The notes under the pieces were generated by a model. That model was not told where the DNA came from. It ran no database searches and saw nothing but the letters and a program-made list of their open reading frames with translations. The translations under genes and the position numbers were made by a program. This document shows positions 30,823 through 41,588 of a DNA stretch of 61,064 nucleotides, piece by piece. The stretch is from Vampirovibrionaceae bacterium NZW_1234 (GTDB taxonomy: Bacteria; Cyanobacteriota; Vampirovibrionia; Vampirovibrionales; JAGQHJ01). Within the stretch, counting starts at the first letter, position 1; each line of letters begins with the position of its first letter. Location of the stretch: positions 1 through 61,064 of the forward strand of contig JBGUGD010000017.1 of assembly GCA_041697335.1 (NCBI GenBank), given 5' to 3'.

Positions 30823-30915
30823 CCTTTTTAATCGTTTCGTAAATGCATGCGCTCGATTGTAGCAGCCTTGTCAGCTTGTATCAAAGTCCCTAGATGTCGG
30901 ATACGGTAGAGGTGA

Positions 30916-31407
30916 TTAGTCTTCTATTAAATGCTTCAGTTTGAAGTCGTTTAAATGTGATTTAATTTGAATTTTCGGGCCCTTATCCAGAAAATGCTGA
31001 ATGGCCTTGTGAATGTCGGATGGTCCGAAATCCGCATCATTGCGTATCAGATAAATAAATTCGGTCAGAGGTTCACAGCGGCGGTTTACCCGTTGTGTCA
31101 CCGGTTCTGGTAGATACAGCAGCTGGTTGACCGCCCGATGAAACGTCGGGACCAGGTCATACCACCGTTGTTTTCGTTTACTTTTATACAGACCAAGAAC
31201 CTTTTCGCTCCCCAAGTTTTTCAACTTCGGGTCGCTGATGAGTGAGCTGCTCTCCAGCTCGATGATGTCGATGACATGCGTGCCAATAGAGTCTTGCGTC
31301 TGTCGTCTCAGATCTCGGCAAAATCTAATCAGCGTTTTGAAATTATACAAACGGTCGTACCATCGACTCATGAATCGACCGTGTGTCCATGGGTTTTTAT
31401 CGGGCAT
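30916..31407 (-). CDS. hypothetical protein (163 aa)
   Basis: ATG with upstream AGGATAGAGAG; no motif. Confidence 0.55.
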   Translation of the reverse strand: MPDKNPWTHGRFMSRWYDRLYNFKTLIRFCRDLRRQTQDSIGTHVIDIIELESSSLISDPKLKNLGSEKVLGLYKSKRKQRWYDLVPTFHRAVNQLLYLPEPVTQRVNRRCEPLTEFIYLIRNDADFGPSDIHKAIQHFLDKGPKIQIKSHLNDFKLKHLIED

Positions 31408-32082
31408 TGCTCTCTATCCTAAATATTCCGTTGTGAACGCTAGTACATGTCTGAGTGAACCTCTGAATGAAATCTTCGGTACTGATATTACAAATATAGC
31501 ATTTGTTTTGTACGGCTAGAAGTCTTTGTATATCCTATGTTAACTACATGAGTGTCGGCGGCACTTCAGTAAATTAAGGCAATATGAACATATGAATGTT
31601 TAATATTACAATCATTATGGCAAAAATGGCGTATTTATTCTCTCTAAGTATGGTCAAACCATATCTTTTGCGTATGTGGACTTAAGAAAATGTTAATCTA
31701 TGACGGCTTTACAATTGCCGGATCGTATGAAATCCAATGACTATGGTTGGGTTTGTGCGGAAGGCATGTCGGCGGCACCCGGCAAGGGAGGTCAGATTTG
31801 CGCCAGCCTGCTTTAGCAGATCTGAATTGCGTGCCCATGGGCTATTGATTGAAAAGACGAATTGGGATAAATCCTTTGGACAGTTTTATCGAACCTTTAT
31901 TTAGGAGTAATATGGGAAACACTCCTGAGGGACTTCTTAGGTCATTGGCAATCTGCTTCATTTAAAAGAGTACAAATCTTTTATATCAGCCGCTCTTTTT
32001 AAAAAATCCTAGTAAGGCCCTTATCTGGATCAGTAACAATCTCTGGCCATTGTGGTGCTTGAGGCAAAAGGAGAAACAAATT

Positions 32083-32592
32083 ATGGCGACAGTAACACCG
32101 AAGTCTCGTTTGCATGAAACCCGAATCGACTTACCCGAAGCGGTCCGGGCGAAAACCATCGAGGTATTGAATCAGACCCTGGCGGTTACGCTGGATTTAA
32201 AAACCCAGGTCAAACAGGCCCATTGGAATGTTAAAGGCCGCTACTTCTTTCAGCTGCACGAGTTGTTTGATCAACTGGCCACGGAAATCGAAACCTTCGT
32301 GGACTTGTTTGCCGAGCGGGTCACAACTTTGGGCGGGACGGCCTTAGGGACGGCTCGACTCGCTGCCCAGAATTCGATTTTGCCGGAATATCCCTACGAC
32401 ATTACCAACGGTGTCGATCATGTCAGAGCCCTGGTTGAGCGTTATGCGCTTTTTGCCAAGCACCTTCGGGAGAACATTGACAAGACCACCGAGTGGAACG
32501 ATGCCGTGACGGCGGATATGTATACCCAGGTGGGGCGTGATATCGATACACGCTTGTGGTTCCTGGAAGCCCACCTGCAAGCCAACGACTAG
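32083..32592 (+). CDS. dps: DNA starvation/stationary-phase protection protein Dps
   Basis: KQAHWNVKG, LHELFD, AER...LGG, WFLEAH; AAGGAG RBS. Confidence 0.96.
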   Translation: MATVTPKSRLHETRIDLPEAVRAKTIEVLNQTLAVTLDLKTQVKQAHWNVKGRYFFQLHELFDQLATEIETFVDLFAERVTTLGGTALGTARLAAQNSILPEYPYDITNGVDHVRALVERYALFAKHLRENIDKTTEWNDAVTADMYTQVGRDIDTRLWFLEAHLQAND

Positions 32593-32620
32593 GCACACCG
32601 AGCAGGCAAGGCATAGAATT

Positions 32621-32664
32621 GTGACGGCCCGAAGGGACAGTGACTTCGGGTCGTTGCTTTTTTT
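32621..32664 (+). terminator. intrinsic terminator
   Basis: GTGACGGCCCGAAG / CTTCGGGTCGTTGC stem plus T7. Confidence 0.8.
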
Positions 32665-32762
32665 CCTTGTGTTGTCTCTGGTGTTTATTTCAAAATAAAC
32701 AAAGCTAAGTCACGTCAATCAAATCTCGCCCTAATCGTCCGAGATCTCAGGAGAATTTTATT

Positions 32763-33653
32763 ATGAGTTTAACTGTTCCCGGTTTCTCATCGTCAGTGAC
32801 TCATCGTGTTGCCTATGGGCATTTGCACTCCAATGCATCTCTTCGCTTTAAAGCAGATAGTCCGTCGGAACAAGACCAACCCGCTCGTCCGCCTATGCGT
32901 CCTCTGGCTCAGCGTCTTCTAGGTAAGCTGAGTGACTTGGGAGCCAGTGCTTCCAATACGTTTCAGGATGCCCTCGGTCTGGGTCAGTTGGTTGGGGATG
33001 CCATTGTTGCCCAAGTTACCGGGAAAATGCCGGATCGTCGTTCGGATGCAGAAGTTGAATCCGATAGAGCACGTGAAGCGGCTAAAAATGATGCCATGGC
33101 CAAAACCAATCTCTTTGTCGAACAAACCCTTCTGCCCAGTCTCCCTGCGCCACTGCAAAAACTTCCTGCCTTAGGGGCTTCGGATCGACTGCGGCTTTCT
33201 CGCTTGCCTCAGAATATGCAGGAGAACCCTGATCAATATGGCTTGCCTGGTAAACAAGGGACGATTACCCCTTATAGATTGTTGAGAGGTCTCCGTCACA
33301 TCTCACAATTGTTTAACAACAAATCGAAACCCGAGTTGGTAGCAGACAACCAGAAGCGCGGGTTTCCTTATTTGGATCTGACCAAGCCCGTTGAAATCAC
33401 ACCAGAAGGTGATATTGTCAGTGAGGGTAAGGTAACCATTCCTTCAGCCGATATTACATATGCCTTGCGCAGGGGGTTGAATGTCGGAGAAGAAACGGCG
33501 GCCAATATGCGCAACTGGGTTGTTCAGGCCGCAGCGGTAAAACCGGATTTACTGGAAGGCTTTCTGACAACGCCGCTTGCCAACGGTAATGTTGGGCTGG
33601 TAAAACGTCCTCAACCGAATTCGGCTGATACAGAAACAGCTGCCGATTCATAA
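32763..33653 (+). CDS. hypothetical protein with leader ending LRFK
   Basis: CAGGAG RBS; 296-aa ORF. Confidence 0.8.
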   Translation: MSLTVPGFSSSVTHRVAYGHLHSNASLRFKADSPSEQDQPARPPMRPLAQRLLGKLSDLGASASNTFQDALGLGQLVGDAIVAQVTGKMPDRRSDAEVESDRAREAAKNDAMAKTNLFVEQTLLPSLPAPLQKLPALGASDRLRLSRLPQNMQENPDQYGLPGKQGTITPYRLLRGLRHISQLFNNKSKPELVADNQKRGFPYLDLTKPVEITPEGDIVSEGKVTIPSADITYALRRGLNVGEETAANMRNWVVQAAAVKPDLLEGFLTTPLANGNVGLVKRPQPNSADTETAADS

Positions 33654-33690
33654 GGCACTTTCAGCCTTTATTTTTACCATTCGACTTTAC

Positions 33691-33726
33691 AAAAACCCCC
33701 GACTGATTTGTCAATCGGGGGTTTTT
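33691..33726. terminator. bidirectional intrinsic terminator
   Basis: AAAAACCCCCGA...TCGGGGGTTTTT. Confidence 0.85.
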
Positions 33727-33746
33727 AAATTTGAGTGTCAAGAACA

Positions 33747-33926
33747 CTATTGATGCAGTAAGTTCGAGGCTTTGAACTTTTCTGCCATCACTTTCTTTAA
33801 ATACGGATTGTCTTTCAGTTCCGCTGACAACCACTGGCCCAAGCGAGCTTCGGAAGCACTCCAAATGGCTTCTTTAGACGGGTTCAAGCCGAGTTGTTTT
33901 TTCTTTTTCACTTGTGTGGTCGACAT
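33747..33926 (-). CDS. small basic protein (59 aa), absent from the ORF track
   Basis: MSTTQVKKKKQLGLNPSKEAIWSASEARLGQWLSAELKDNPYLKKVMAEKFKASNLLHQ; GGAGG RBS; ends at the bidirectional terminator. Confidence 0.65.
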   Translation of the reverse strand: MSTTQVKKKKQLGLNPSKEAIWSASEARLGQWLSAELKDNPYLKKVMAEKFKASNLLHQ

Positions 33927-34336
33927 AATTTAAGGTCCCTCCACCTCCACTGGTTCTGATGAATTGTACGATATAAATAGTAGGATTGCCAGCGATTTCC
34001 AGTAAAGGTGACAAGATATTAACGTAAGTTTTTGCCCGTCGCAAGGATGACAATTGTTATTTCCAATTTTGGAACTGTTCTCAAGTTTCAAAAGTGTATC
34101 TTGGTTTCGGTCTTGTCTGATTTTTTCACAGCGAACTCGGGAGGAATCTCAACTTTTTGCTATAGTAGGTGTTCTACCTCATATAATGGAGTCATCGGAT
34201 GAAGATGCGTCCGATAAAAACAACAATGGTAATTATCATATGATTTTACAAGGTGATGTATTACCATATGACCTTTGTGCTTCATTGGCGTATTTGTTGA
34301 AGAGAGACTAATGTCCGTAGTTAGGAACTAGAGTTT

Positions 34337-35941
34337 ATGCCGCTCCCCACCGTCGCTTATTTCTCCATGGAAATTGCCATTGATGACAGTCTGCACACCT
34401 ATTCGGGTGGATTGGGCTATTTGGCTGGCAGCCATATGCTGTCGGCAGGCCATTTGAACCTGCCAATGGTCGGTATCACAATGTTGTGGACCAATGGCTA
34501 TGGCGATCAGCGCATTGCTGACAATCATGAAGTCGAGATTGTCTATATTCCCCGCGAATATGACTTCCTCAAAGAGACCGGTATCACGGTCGAGGTTACC
34601 ATTTTTGGCCAGCCGGTCAAGGTTAAGGCCTTGAAGCTGGGACCCCAGACTTTTGGGACGGTTCCCATCTACTATCTGACAACCGATATTCCTGAAAACA
34701 CCCCCGAGCATCGTCAGTTGTCGCACGTGTTGTATGACAGCGACCAGCGGGTCCGGATTGCCCAGGAAATTATTTTGGGGCGGGCGGGTATGTTGGTCCT
34801 CGAAGCGGCCAATGAACCTATCGAGGTGTTCCATATTAATGAAGGGCATGCCTTGCCGGCGTTCTTCTATTTATTGGAAAAATATCACGGAAACCTGGAT
34901 GATGTTCGCTACCGGTCGGTCTTCACCACCCATACGCCGGTGACGGCCGGAAACGAAACCCACGCGGCGCATCTGCTCGCCGAAGCCGGTTTCTTTGGTT
35001 CCATTCCCTATGACCGGGCCGTTTCACTGGGTGGCCATGACTTTTCCTTGACGGTGGCAGCCCTGCGGATGAGCCGTCTGGCCAATGGCGTGTCCCAACT
35101 GCACGGGCATGTGGCCAATAACATGTGGGAGTGGGTGGATCATCGCTGTCCCATTGTGGCCATTACCAACGCGGTGAACCTGCAGTACTGGCAGGATGAG
35201 CGGGTAAAGCAAGCCACCAAGGGCAATGGCCTGTTGGAACTGAAAAAGGAAATGAAGCGCGAGCTCTTCCACTTTGTGGGGCATCAAACGGGTCGGCACT
35301 TCGATCCGGAAGTCCTGACCATCGTCTGGGCTCGCCGGTTTACGGCCTATAAGCGTGCCGGGCTTATCTTCTCGGATATGGCTCGCATTGAGAAGCTTCT
35401 GAAAGAGAACAAGATTCAACTGATCTTTGCCGGTAAATTCCATCCCAGTGACCTGGATGGCCGGGAAACCTTTAACCATATCGTGCGCTATGCCCAGACC
35501 CTGCCCAATTTGGTCATCCTGCCCAATTATGAGCTGGAGCTCAGCAAGCTCCTCAAGCGCGGGGCCGATGTCTGGCTGAACACCCCGCTTCGTCCCCTGG
35601 AGGCCTCCGGTACGTCCGGGATGTCGGCCAACATGAACGGGGCCATTCACGTGTCCACCTACGATGGCTGGGCTGTTGAAGGGACCTATGATGGCATCAA
35701 TGGCTTCATTATTAATAAGGAAGATCAGGGAGCGACACAGTCGCTGGAAGAGCGGAATCGTCAGGATTACGAGTCGATGATGCAGATCATCGAGGACAAG
35801 CTGATCCCGATGTATTACAACGACAAGGATCGGTGGCAGTGGATGATGTGGAACGCCATTCACTCGTCGGAAGTGTATTTCCACTCCGACCGGATGGCCA
35901 TTGAGTACTTCACTCGTCTGTACAAGCACATCCGCTTATAA
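34337..35941 (+). CDS. glgP: alpha-glucan (glycogen) phosphorylase
   Basis: AYFSME, YSGGLG, NEGH, FTTHTP, ARRF..YKR, EASGTSGM. Confidence 0.95.
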   Translation: MPLPTVAYFSMEIAIDDSLHTYSGGLGYLAGSHMLSAGHLNLPMVGITMLWTNGYGDQRIADNHEVEIVYIPREYDFLKETGITVEVTIFGQPVKVKALKLGPQTFGTVPIYYLTTDIPENTPEHRQLSHVLYDSDQRVRIAQEIILGRAGMLVLEAANEPIEVFHINEGHALPAFFYLLEKYHGNLDDVRYRSVFTTHTPVTAGNETHAAHLLAEAGFFGSIPYDRAVSLGGHDFSLTVAALRMSRLANGVSQLHGHVANNMWEWVDHRCPIVAITNAVNLQYWQDERVKQATKGNGLLELKKEMKRELFHFVGHQTGRHFDPEVLTIVWARRFTAYKRAGLIFSDMARIEKLLKENKIQLIFAGKFHPSDLDGRETFNHIVRYAQTLPNLVILPNYELELSKLLKRGADVWLNTPLRPLEASGTSGMSANMNGAIHVSTYDGWAVEGTYDGINGFIINKEDQGATQSLEERNRQDYESMMQIIEDKLIPMYYNDKDRWQWMMWNAIHSSEVYFHSDRMAIEYFTRLYKHIRL

Positions 35942-35983
35942 TTGGCATCCAGCCAGGAATATAAAACTGCCCGTCAGCTTAGC

Positions 35984-36421
35984 TTAGCGATTGGGGGGTG
36001 CGTCTAATCGCACGTAAGTGACCTGTGCCACGGCGACCAGCTTGCCGTGGGTGTCTTTCAAATCCACATGAACCGGGCACAAGAGTTTGCCCAGCTTGAT
36101 GACTCGGGCTTCGGCAATGACATCGGTCAGACAAGGGGCGAGGAACCGGATGTTCATGTCCGTGGTGGCCACGTTCACGTCCGGCCCGGTCTGCGTCATA
36201 ATGGCAAAGCACGCAATGGTGTCGGCGACGGTCATCAGCATGCCGCCATGAAAGGACTCGAAGATTCCGTCAAAGTCTTTGTTGTGGGGAACACGGCCGC
36301 GGCAGGTGCCTTCGCCGAAGTGCTCCATCTGGACGCCAATGGCGTCAAAAATGGGAATGCGGCGAACCCGCTCCAGGATGGCTTGTTCCAGGTCGGGGGC
36401 GATGGTGGTGGCGTGTGACAT
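35984..36421 (-). CDS. PaaI-family thioesterase
   Basis: HGG......D hot-dog motif, T.D.NI.FL.P. Confidence 0.9.
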   Translation of the reverse strand: MSHATTIAPDLEQAILERVRRIPIFDAIGVQMEHFGEGTCRGRVPHNKDFDGIFESFHGGMLMTVADTIACFAIMTQTGPDVNVATTDMNIRFLAPCLTDVIAEARVIKLGKLLCPVHVDLKDTHGKLVAVAQVTYVRLDAPPNR

Positions 36422-36515
36422 CGGTCGGGGTCCTTTCCAGAGTGCAGTCTGATCTGACTCTGGTTATAAACCGAATGACGCGTCAATGCCAGTCGGATTT
36501 TTGGAGGCTCGGAAC

Positions 36516-37037
36516 TTATCCCGTCCGGTTGCCGATGATGCGCACCGTTGGCAGACATGGAATCGTGACGGCCGGTTTGGGCTTTTTGCTGCTGCCAAAC
36601 AGCTTGCCCAGGTCAAAGTCGTCGTCGGTCAGGAGCATCATCATCATGACGTCTCGGGACGTGACGTTGCCGAAGAACTGGCGTCCCATGCGGTTGAGTT
36701 CCGACGTCATCTGGTTCATGAAGGATGGCGGTCGGGGGCGCATGGGTTGTGGGCGCGGTCTGGGGGCCGCCATGGGCGGGGGCATGGGTGTTACCCACGG
36801 CGAGAATGACCCGGCTTTGGGGGCCAGGGTAAACTGCTGAGGCGGGCTATTGCCCCGTGTAATGGTTAGTTGAGATGGCGGTCGTGGGGCTGGGGCCCGA
36901 GGCGCTCTGAATATGACGGTTTCCTCGTAAGTCGTGGCCGGGTTGACGCCATCGACCAGGGGGCCGAATGCCTTGTAATTATACTTGACCGGCCCTTCAC
37001 GCCATGAATGCGTGTAAGTGCTCTGTCCTGAAAGCAT
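36516..37037 (-). CDS. Pro-rich hypothetical protein
   Basis: GGAGGAG RBS upstream of ATG 37037. Confidence 0.6.
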   Translation of the reverse strand: MLSGQSTYTHSWREGPVKYNYKAFGPLVDGVNPATTYEETVIFRAPRAPAPRPPSQLTITRGNSPPQQFTLAPKAGSFSPWVTPMPPPMAAPRPRPQPMRPRPPSFMNQMTSELNRMGRQFFGNVTSRDVMMMMLLTDDDFDLGKLFGSSKKPKPAVTIPCLPTVRIIGNRTG

Positions 37038-37364
37038 GAATCTTGTTCTCCTCCTCCAAGTTCGCTCCGCTTTATCCGTATCGCTATCCAATGATTTAAG
37101 GAAATAAAAACAATTGGCTGCTTAAAGTTGTGTGGATAGCCGAAGGCGCTCTGAAAAATTTACAAATTGGTTATATAGGATATAATTAATATTTCTAAGT
37201 CGCGGGTTACGCTTCGGTCTGGCGGGCAGATCGCGGCAAGACGGGTCAGGTGTCGGGGTGTATGATGTTGTGACAGAGAAACCACTTGTTCCGGCGCTGC
37301 CTTTGGTTTTAGATGGTAAGCGATAGATTCCCCCCTGACGGGACACTTGAGGAAAGGAAAGACA

Positions 37365-39443
37365 GTGAGCGCACCGACTGTGAATACAAACACCAACACC
37401 CAATTGGATACCCTCAGCATCAATGCCATTCGTTGCTTGTCCATGGATGCCATTCAGCAGGCCAACAGTGGACACCCCGGCTTGCCGCTGGGCGCAGCCC
37501 CGATGGCCTATGTGTTGTGGACCCGCTTTTTAAAGCACAATCCGGCCAATCCCCAGTGGTTCGATCGGGATCGCTTTATCCTGTCTGCCGGTCATGGGTC
37601 GATGTTGTTGTACAGTCTGCTTCACTTAACCGGGTATGACCTGACGATCGAAGATTTGAAGCAGTTTCGCCAGTGGGAAAGCAAAACTCCCGGCCACCCG
37701 GAGCGTGATTTCACCCCCGGCGTGGAAGTGACGACGGGGCCTTTGGGGCAGGGATTTGCCAACGGCGTCGGGATGGCCATTGCCGAAGCCTATTTGGCGG
37801 CCAAGTTTAACCGTCCGGGCCACGAGATTGTCAATCACTACACCTATGCCCTGGTGAGCGATGGGGATTTGATGGAAGGCGTTGTGGCCGAAGCGGCGTC
37901 GCTGGCGGGGCACCTGAAGCTGGGCAAGCTGATTTACCTGTATGATGACAACCAGATCTCGCTGGCGTCGACCACCAATCTGACCTTTACCGAGGACGTG
38001 GCCAAGCGCTTTGAAGCTTACGGCTGGCATACGGTCACAGTCAACGACGGCAATGACCTGGCGGCCATTGATGCGGCCATTGAAGCCTCGCAAAAAGAGA
38101 CCGAGCGTCCGTCGCTGATTATTGTCCGGACACAGATCGGCTTTGGGTCTCCCAACAAGCAGGGATCCTTTGAAGCCCATGGTGCGCCGCTTGGTGCGGA
38201 TGAAGTGCGCCTGACCCGGTCTAACCTGGGATGGCCTTCCGAGTCGCCCTTTGAGGTGCCCGAGGAAGTAACGAAACACACCCGACAATCTTTAGAGACG
38301 GGACGTCTGGCCGAGTCGGATTGGAACCAGCGGTTTGAAGCCTATAGCCAGGCGCATCCCGAGTTAGCCCAGGCGCTTCGTCGGGTTATGCAGAATGAGC
38401 TTCCGTCCGGGTGGGACAGTGAGATTCCGGTCTTCCCGGCGGATGCCAAAGGGTTGGCCACGCGGGCGGCGTCGGGGAAAGTCCTGAATGCCTTTGCCGG
38501 AAAGCTTCCTCAGTTGTTAGGTGGGTCGGCTGATTTGAACCCGTCTACCCAGACGGCGTTGAAGGGTTTGGGCGACTTCGAACATCCCAGCACCAAGACC
38601 GGCGTGGTTCAAGGGGCTGTAGGGGATGACTGGAGCTATGCCGGTCAGAACATCGCCTATGGGGTTCGCGAGCATGCCATGGGGTCTTTGAATAACGGGA
38701 TGGTGGCCCACGGTGGGGTGATTCCCTTCAGTGCCACGTTCCTGACCTTTGCCGACTATATGCGCCCGGCCATTCGATTGGCGGCCCTGATGGAATTGCA
38801 AAGCATTTATGTCTTTACCCATGACAGCTTTGCCGTGGGTGAAGATGGGCCGACGCACCAGCCGATTGAGCATGTGGCGGCGCTCAGAGCCATTCCCCAG
38901 CTTCAGGTGATTCGTCCGGCGGATGCCAATGAGACAGCTGTGGCCTGGAAAGTGGCTATTGAAAGTCGCAAGCGTCCGACAGCTCTGATCCTGACCCGTC
39001 AGAATGTACCGACGCTGGATCGCTCTCGCTATGCGTCTGCCGAAGGCGTGCGCCAGGGGGCGTATGTCTTGTCCGAAGCGTCTCAGGGGCAGCCGAAGCT
39101 CATCCTGATTGCGACGGGTTCTGAAGTCTCACTGGCTGTGGAGGCCCAGGGGAAGCTTGAGGCCGATGGTATCCCTACTCGGGTGGTGTCGATGCCCAGT
39201 TGGGAGCTGTTCGATGCTCAGCCCGAGGCCTATCGCGAGTCGGTGCTGCCGACAGCGGTCACGGCCCGGTTGGCGATTGAAGCCGGGTTGGCGATGGGCT
39301 GGCACCGGTTTGTCGGGCCCCAGGGCGACATCCTGTCCATCGAGCATTACGGGGCCTCGGCACCGGCGGGTGTCCTGATGCAGAAGTTCGGCTTCACCGT
39401 GGACAACGTCGTGGCCCGAGCCAAGGCGGTTCTGGCCCGCTAG
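37365..39443 (+). CDS. tkt: transketolase
   Basis: [47 protein letters not shown]. Confidence 0.98.
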   Translation: MSAPTVNTNTNTQLDTLSINAIRCLSMDAIQQANSGHPGLPLGAAPMAYVLWTRFLKHNPANPQWFDRDRFILSAGHGSMLLYSLLHLTGYDLTIEDLKQFRQWESKTPGHPERDFTPGVEVTTGPLGQGFANGVGMAIAEAYLAAKFNRPGHEIVNHYTYALVSDGDLMEGVVAEAASLAGHLKLGKLIYLYDDNQISLASTTNLTFTEDVAKRFEAYGWHTVTVNDGNDLAAIDAAIEASQKETERPSLIIVRTQIGFGSPNKQGSFEAHGAPLGADEVRLTRSNLGWPSESPFEVPEEVTKHTRQSLETGRLAESDWNQRFEAYSQAHPELAQALRRVMQNELPSGWDSEIPVFPADAKGLATRAASGKVLNAFAGKLPQLLGGSADLNPSTQTALKGLGDFEHPSTKTGVVQGAVGDDWSYAGQNIAYGVREHAMGSLNNGMVAHGGVIPFSATFLTFADYMRPAIRLAALMELQSIYVFTHDSFAVGEDGPTHQPIEHVAALRAIPQLQVIRPADANETAVAWKVAIESRKRPTALILTRQNVPTLDRSRYASAEGVRQGAYVLSEASQGQPKLILIATGSEVSLAVEAQGKLEADGIPTRVVSMPSWELFDAQPEAYRESVLPTAVTARLAIEAGLAMGWHRFVGPQGDILSIEHYGASAPAGVLMQKFGFTVDNVVARAKAVLAR

Positions 39444-39469
39444 GGGAACCCCTCTCTCCGAAAGTATCC

Positions 39470-39509
39470 AAAAAGCCCCCTGCTTGAGCCTCAAGTCAGG
39501 GGGCTTTTT
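39470..39509. terminator. bidirectional intrinsic terminator after tkt
   Basis: AAAAAGCCCCCTG...CAGGGGGCTTTTT. Confidence 0.85.
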
Positions 39510-39522
39510 CATGAACACGCCC

Positions 39523-39752
39523 CAGCACAGGGCGTTGTGATCTCCAATGTCACTTGCCAGTGAGCGAAAGGCAGTTGTGTTGAGAAGCCAAGGGTATTGT
39601 TCTATATTCGCCCAAGCTGACCGCGTGTTGCATGAAAGATGACTGGGTGATGATAGTGCATTTGGTTAAAGCTGAATAATCGTGTGCCCTCCAACCTGTC
39701 CACAGGACGCCTTGTCGGTGACGTGTCACGTCAAGCGGCCTGACGTTTTTTT
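39523..39752 (+). ncRNA. candidate structured RNA with its own terminator
   Basis: Three-way junction, long stem-loop and ACGTCA/TGACGT-T7; G-U pairs favour the + strand. Confidence 0.3.
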
Positions 39753-39832
39753 ATATGAACCCATCTGTCCTACTGGTATAAAAACAGGGACGAGTGACTT
39801 GATGATAGCCTTAATAAAAACCTAAGCTTTTC

Positions 39833-40331
39833 GGATGAGGGGGCTTTTGGGGTGAGTAAAACCGATGTTTAAACGGGAGGATTTTACTCGATTTCACTCC
39901 GGTTGGGGTTTTGGGGGAGGTGAGTTATTTTTATTTTTGCGATTTCACTTATTTTTGCTCAATTTTACTCAATTTTACTCATTTTGTTGGGGATGATGAG
40001 GGTTTTAGGGGAGGTGAGTCATTTTTTATTTTTGCGATTTTGCTCATTTTATTGGGCATGATGGGTTTTGGGGGAGGTGAGTCATTTTTATTTTTTCAAT
40101 TTCACTCATTTTTGCTCATTTTTACTCATTTTGTTGGGGATGATGGGGTTTTGGGGGAGGTGAGTCATTTTTATTTTTTCAATTTCACTCATTTTTGCTC
40201 ATTTTTACTCAGGTGCTGATTTCTAAGGGGTTCTATTCTTGGTTGCTTCCAGGGCTTTGGGGATGAATGCATCTTGAGGGTGAGCAATTTTTATTTTTTC
40301 AATTTCACTCATTTTTACTCATTTTTACTCA
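39833..40331. repeat. nested tandem repeat array (64-94 bp units containing 10-bp sub-repeats)
   Basis: Units start near 39905, 39999, 40063 and 40145, with degenerate copies at 39833 and 40276; consensus GGGGTTTTGGGGGAGGTGAGTCA-T-rich-(AWTTYRCTC-type decamer)n-ATTTTGTTGGGGATGAT. Confidence 0.92.
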
Positions 40332-40766
40332 CGCTTCGTTTATATGGGGTTTATTGGGACGTGTCTCTCATATCGGTCCGGAGATTGTGTTTGGGGCCTG
40401 GTGAGAGGCGGCATTGGAGGGTGTGTTGTTATATATTTATTATATCATGTTAAATCCTCTGAGGACAGGCTTTTTAGGATTTCTTAAGAGTCTGATGGCT
40501 CTCCTGGTGTGGAATAGGGGGGATTGTTGGGATGAAGCTCTAGAGAACACAAGCTATCTGCCCCTTGGTAGGCCTCGGAAATAGTCTGTTTTGAAACGCA
40601 CGGGAGTGCATGAAGTTGCCTTGCGCTGCGAGAGAAAATCAACATGGGGAGCTGTTTCTCGTTTTGTGACAGCGGTATCCGATTTGCATTGACACCGGGT
40701 TACCGGTCCGGATAGCATGCGACGGTTGTGGTGTTGTACCGCGTTGACTCGGGAAAAAGGATAAAT

Positions 40767-41588
40767 ATGATGCCCACTGCTGTTTCCGGACCCAAGTTTG
40801 GGGCTTGGTTGAAGATTGAAACCAGTAAAGAAATGACGCTGTATCCGGCAGGCTCGGCGCTGAATCAGGTTCAACCTGCCAACAGCCGAAATCGCTATCA
40901 CGAAATCGGGGATTTGATGGCCAAATCCGATGAGTTGAAAACGCTCCTGGCTCAAATTGACGACCACAAGGCCAGGGACATGATGATTACCATGAATGTG
41001 GCCTCTGGGACCCCCACAGCCGTCATTCGGACCCATTACGACAACGACAATCAGGCGTTGGCGGCGGAACCCGGCGAGGGGCTGTTTGAGTTTGCCAAGC
41101 GCACGTTACAGACTGCGGGTGAGATGGCTAAAAAGTTATTGACCCCGCAAGAGCGCCATGCCCTTCGCTCCACGTTGCTGAATCAAACCCTCACCGATTT
41201 TGCCACGGCGCTGGACACCGGGTCGTTGGAAAATTTGGGTAAGCTGGATCTGTGGAAGGATTGTCCCGATTTGGCCTTTCGGGTCAAGGCCGGTGGACGG
41301 GAATACGCCGTACAGAACGAAGCCAATGAGCCGGAAACGTATGAGCTGCGGTTTACCCACGATAATCGGCGTTACCAGGTGACCTTGAAGCCTCAGCAAA
41401 TTCACGTCCAGGAAACCCAGCAGTCCTCTCATGAACACCGAAGCTATAATCCCCTGGATGCTGGAAAACAAGACACCAGCCTGGAAACCGTCGCCAAGCT
41501 CATCACCCTTCGCGATCTTGGCGAAAAAGTCCGCAAAGGCCTCAAGCAACATCCCCAGTTGTTCCCAAAACTGGATCGTCGGGGGTAG
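40767..41588 (+). CDS. hypothetical protein with short leader ending PKFG
   Basis: AAAGGA RBS before ATG 40767; followed by hairpin CTCAAGC/GCTTGAG. Confidence 0.8.
   Translation: MMPTAVSGPKFGAWLKIETSKEMTLYPAGSALNQVQPANSRNRYHEIGDLMAKSDELKTLLAQIDDHKARDMMITMNVASGTPTAVIRTHYDNDNQALAAEPGEGLFEFAKRTLQTAGEMAKKLLTPQERHALRSTLLNQTLTDFATALDTGSLENLGKLDLWKDCPDLAFRVKAGGREYAVQNEANEPETYELRFTHDNRRYQVTLKPQQIHVQETQQSSHEHRSYNPLDAGKQDTSLETVAKLITLRDLGEKVRKGLKQHPQLFPKLDRRG

Noticed and set aside
31408..32082. Long AT-rich intergenic region upstream of dps (possible Fur/PerR box or small ORFs)
   Set aside because: No convincing consensus box or supported ORF identified
35024..35929. 301-aa ORF antisense to glgP
   Set aside because: Shadow ORF; glgP motifs are unambiguous
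39911..40219. 102-aa Phe-rich ORF across the repeat array
   Set aside because: By-product of T/G-rich repeats; units are read in different frames and there is no credible start context
39833..40331. Repeat array as a CRISPR array
   Set aside because: No unique spacers between repeats, units are low-complexity and nested, and no cas genes are in the window
40428..40455. Possible dif site (TCATGTTAAAT resembles the XerD arm)
   Set aside because: The XerC arm does not fit; better explained as an extended -10 element on the minus strand
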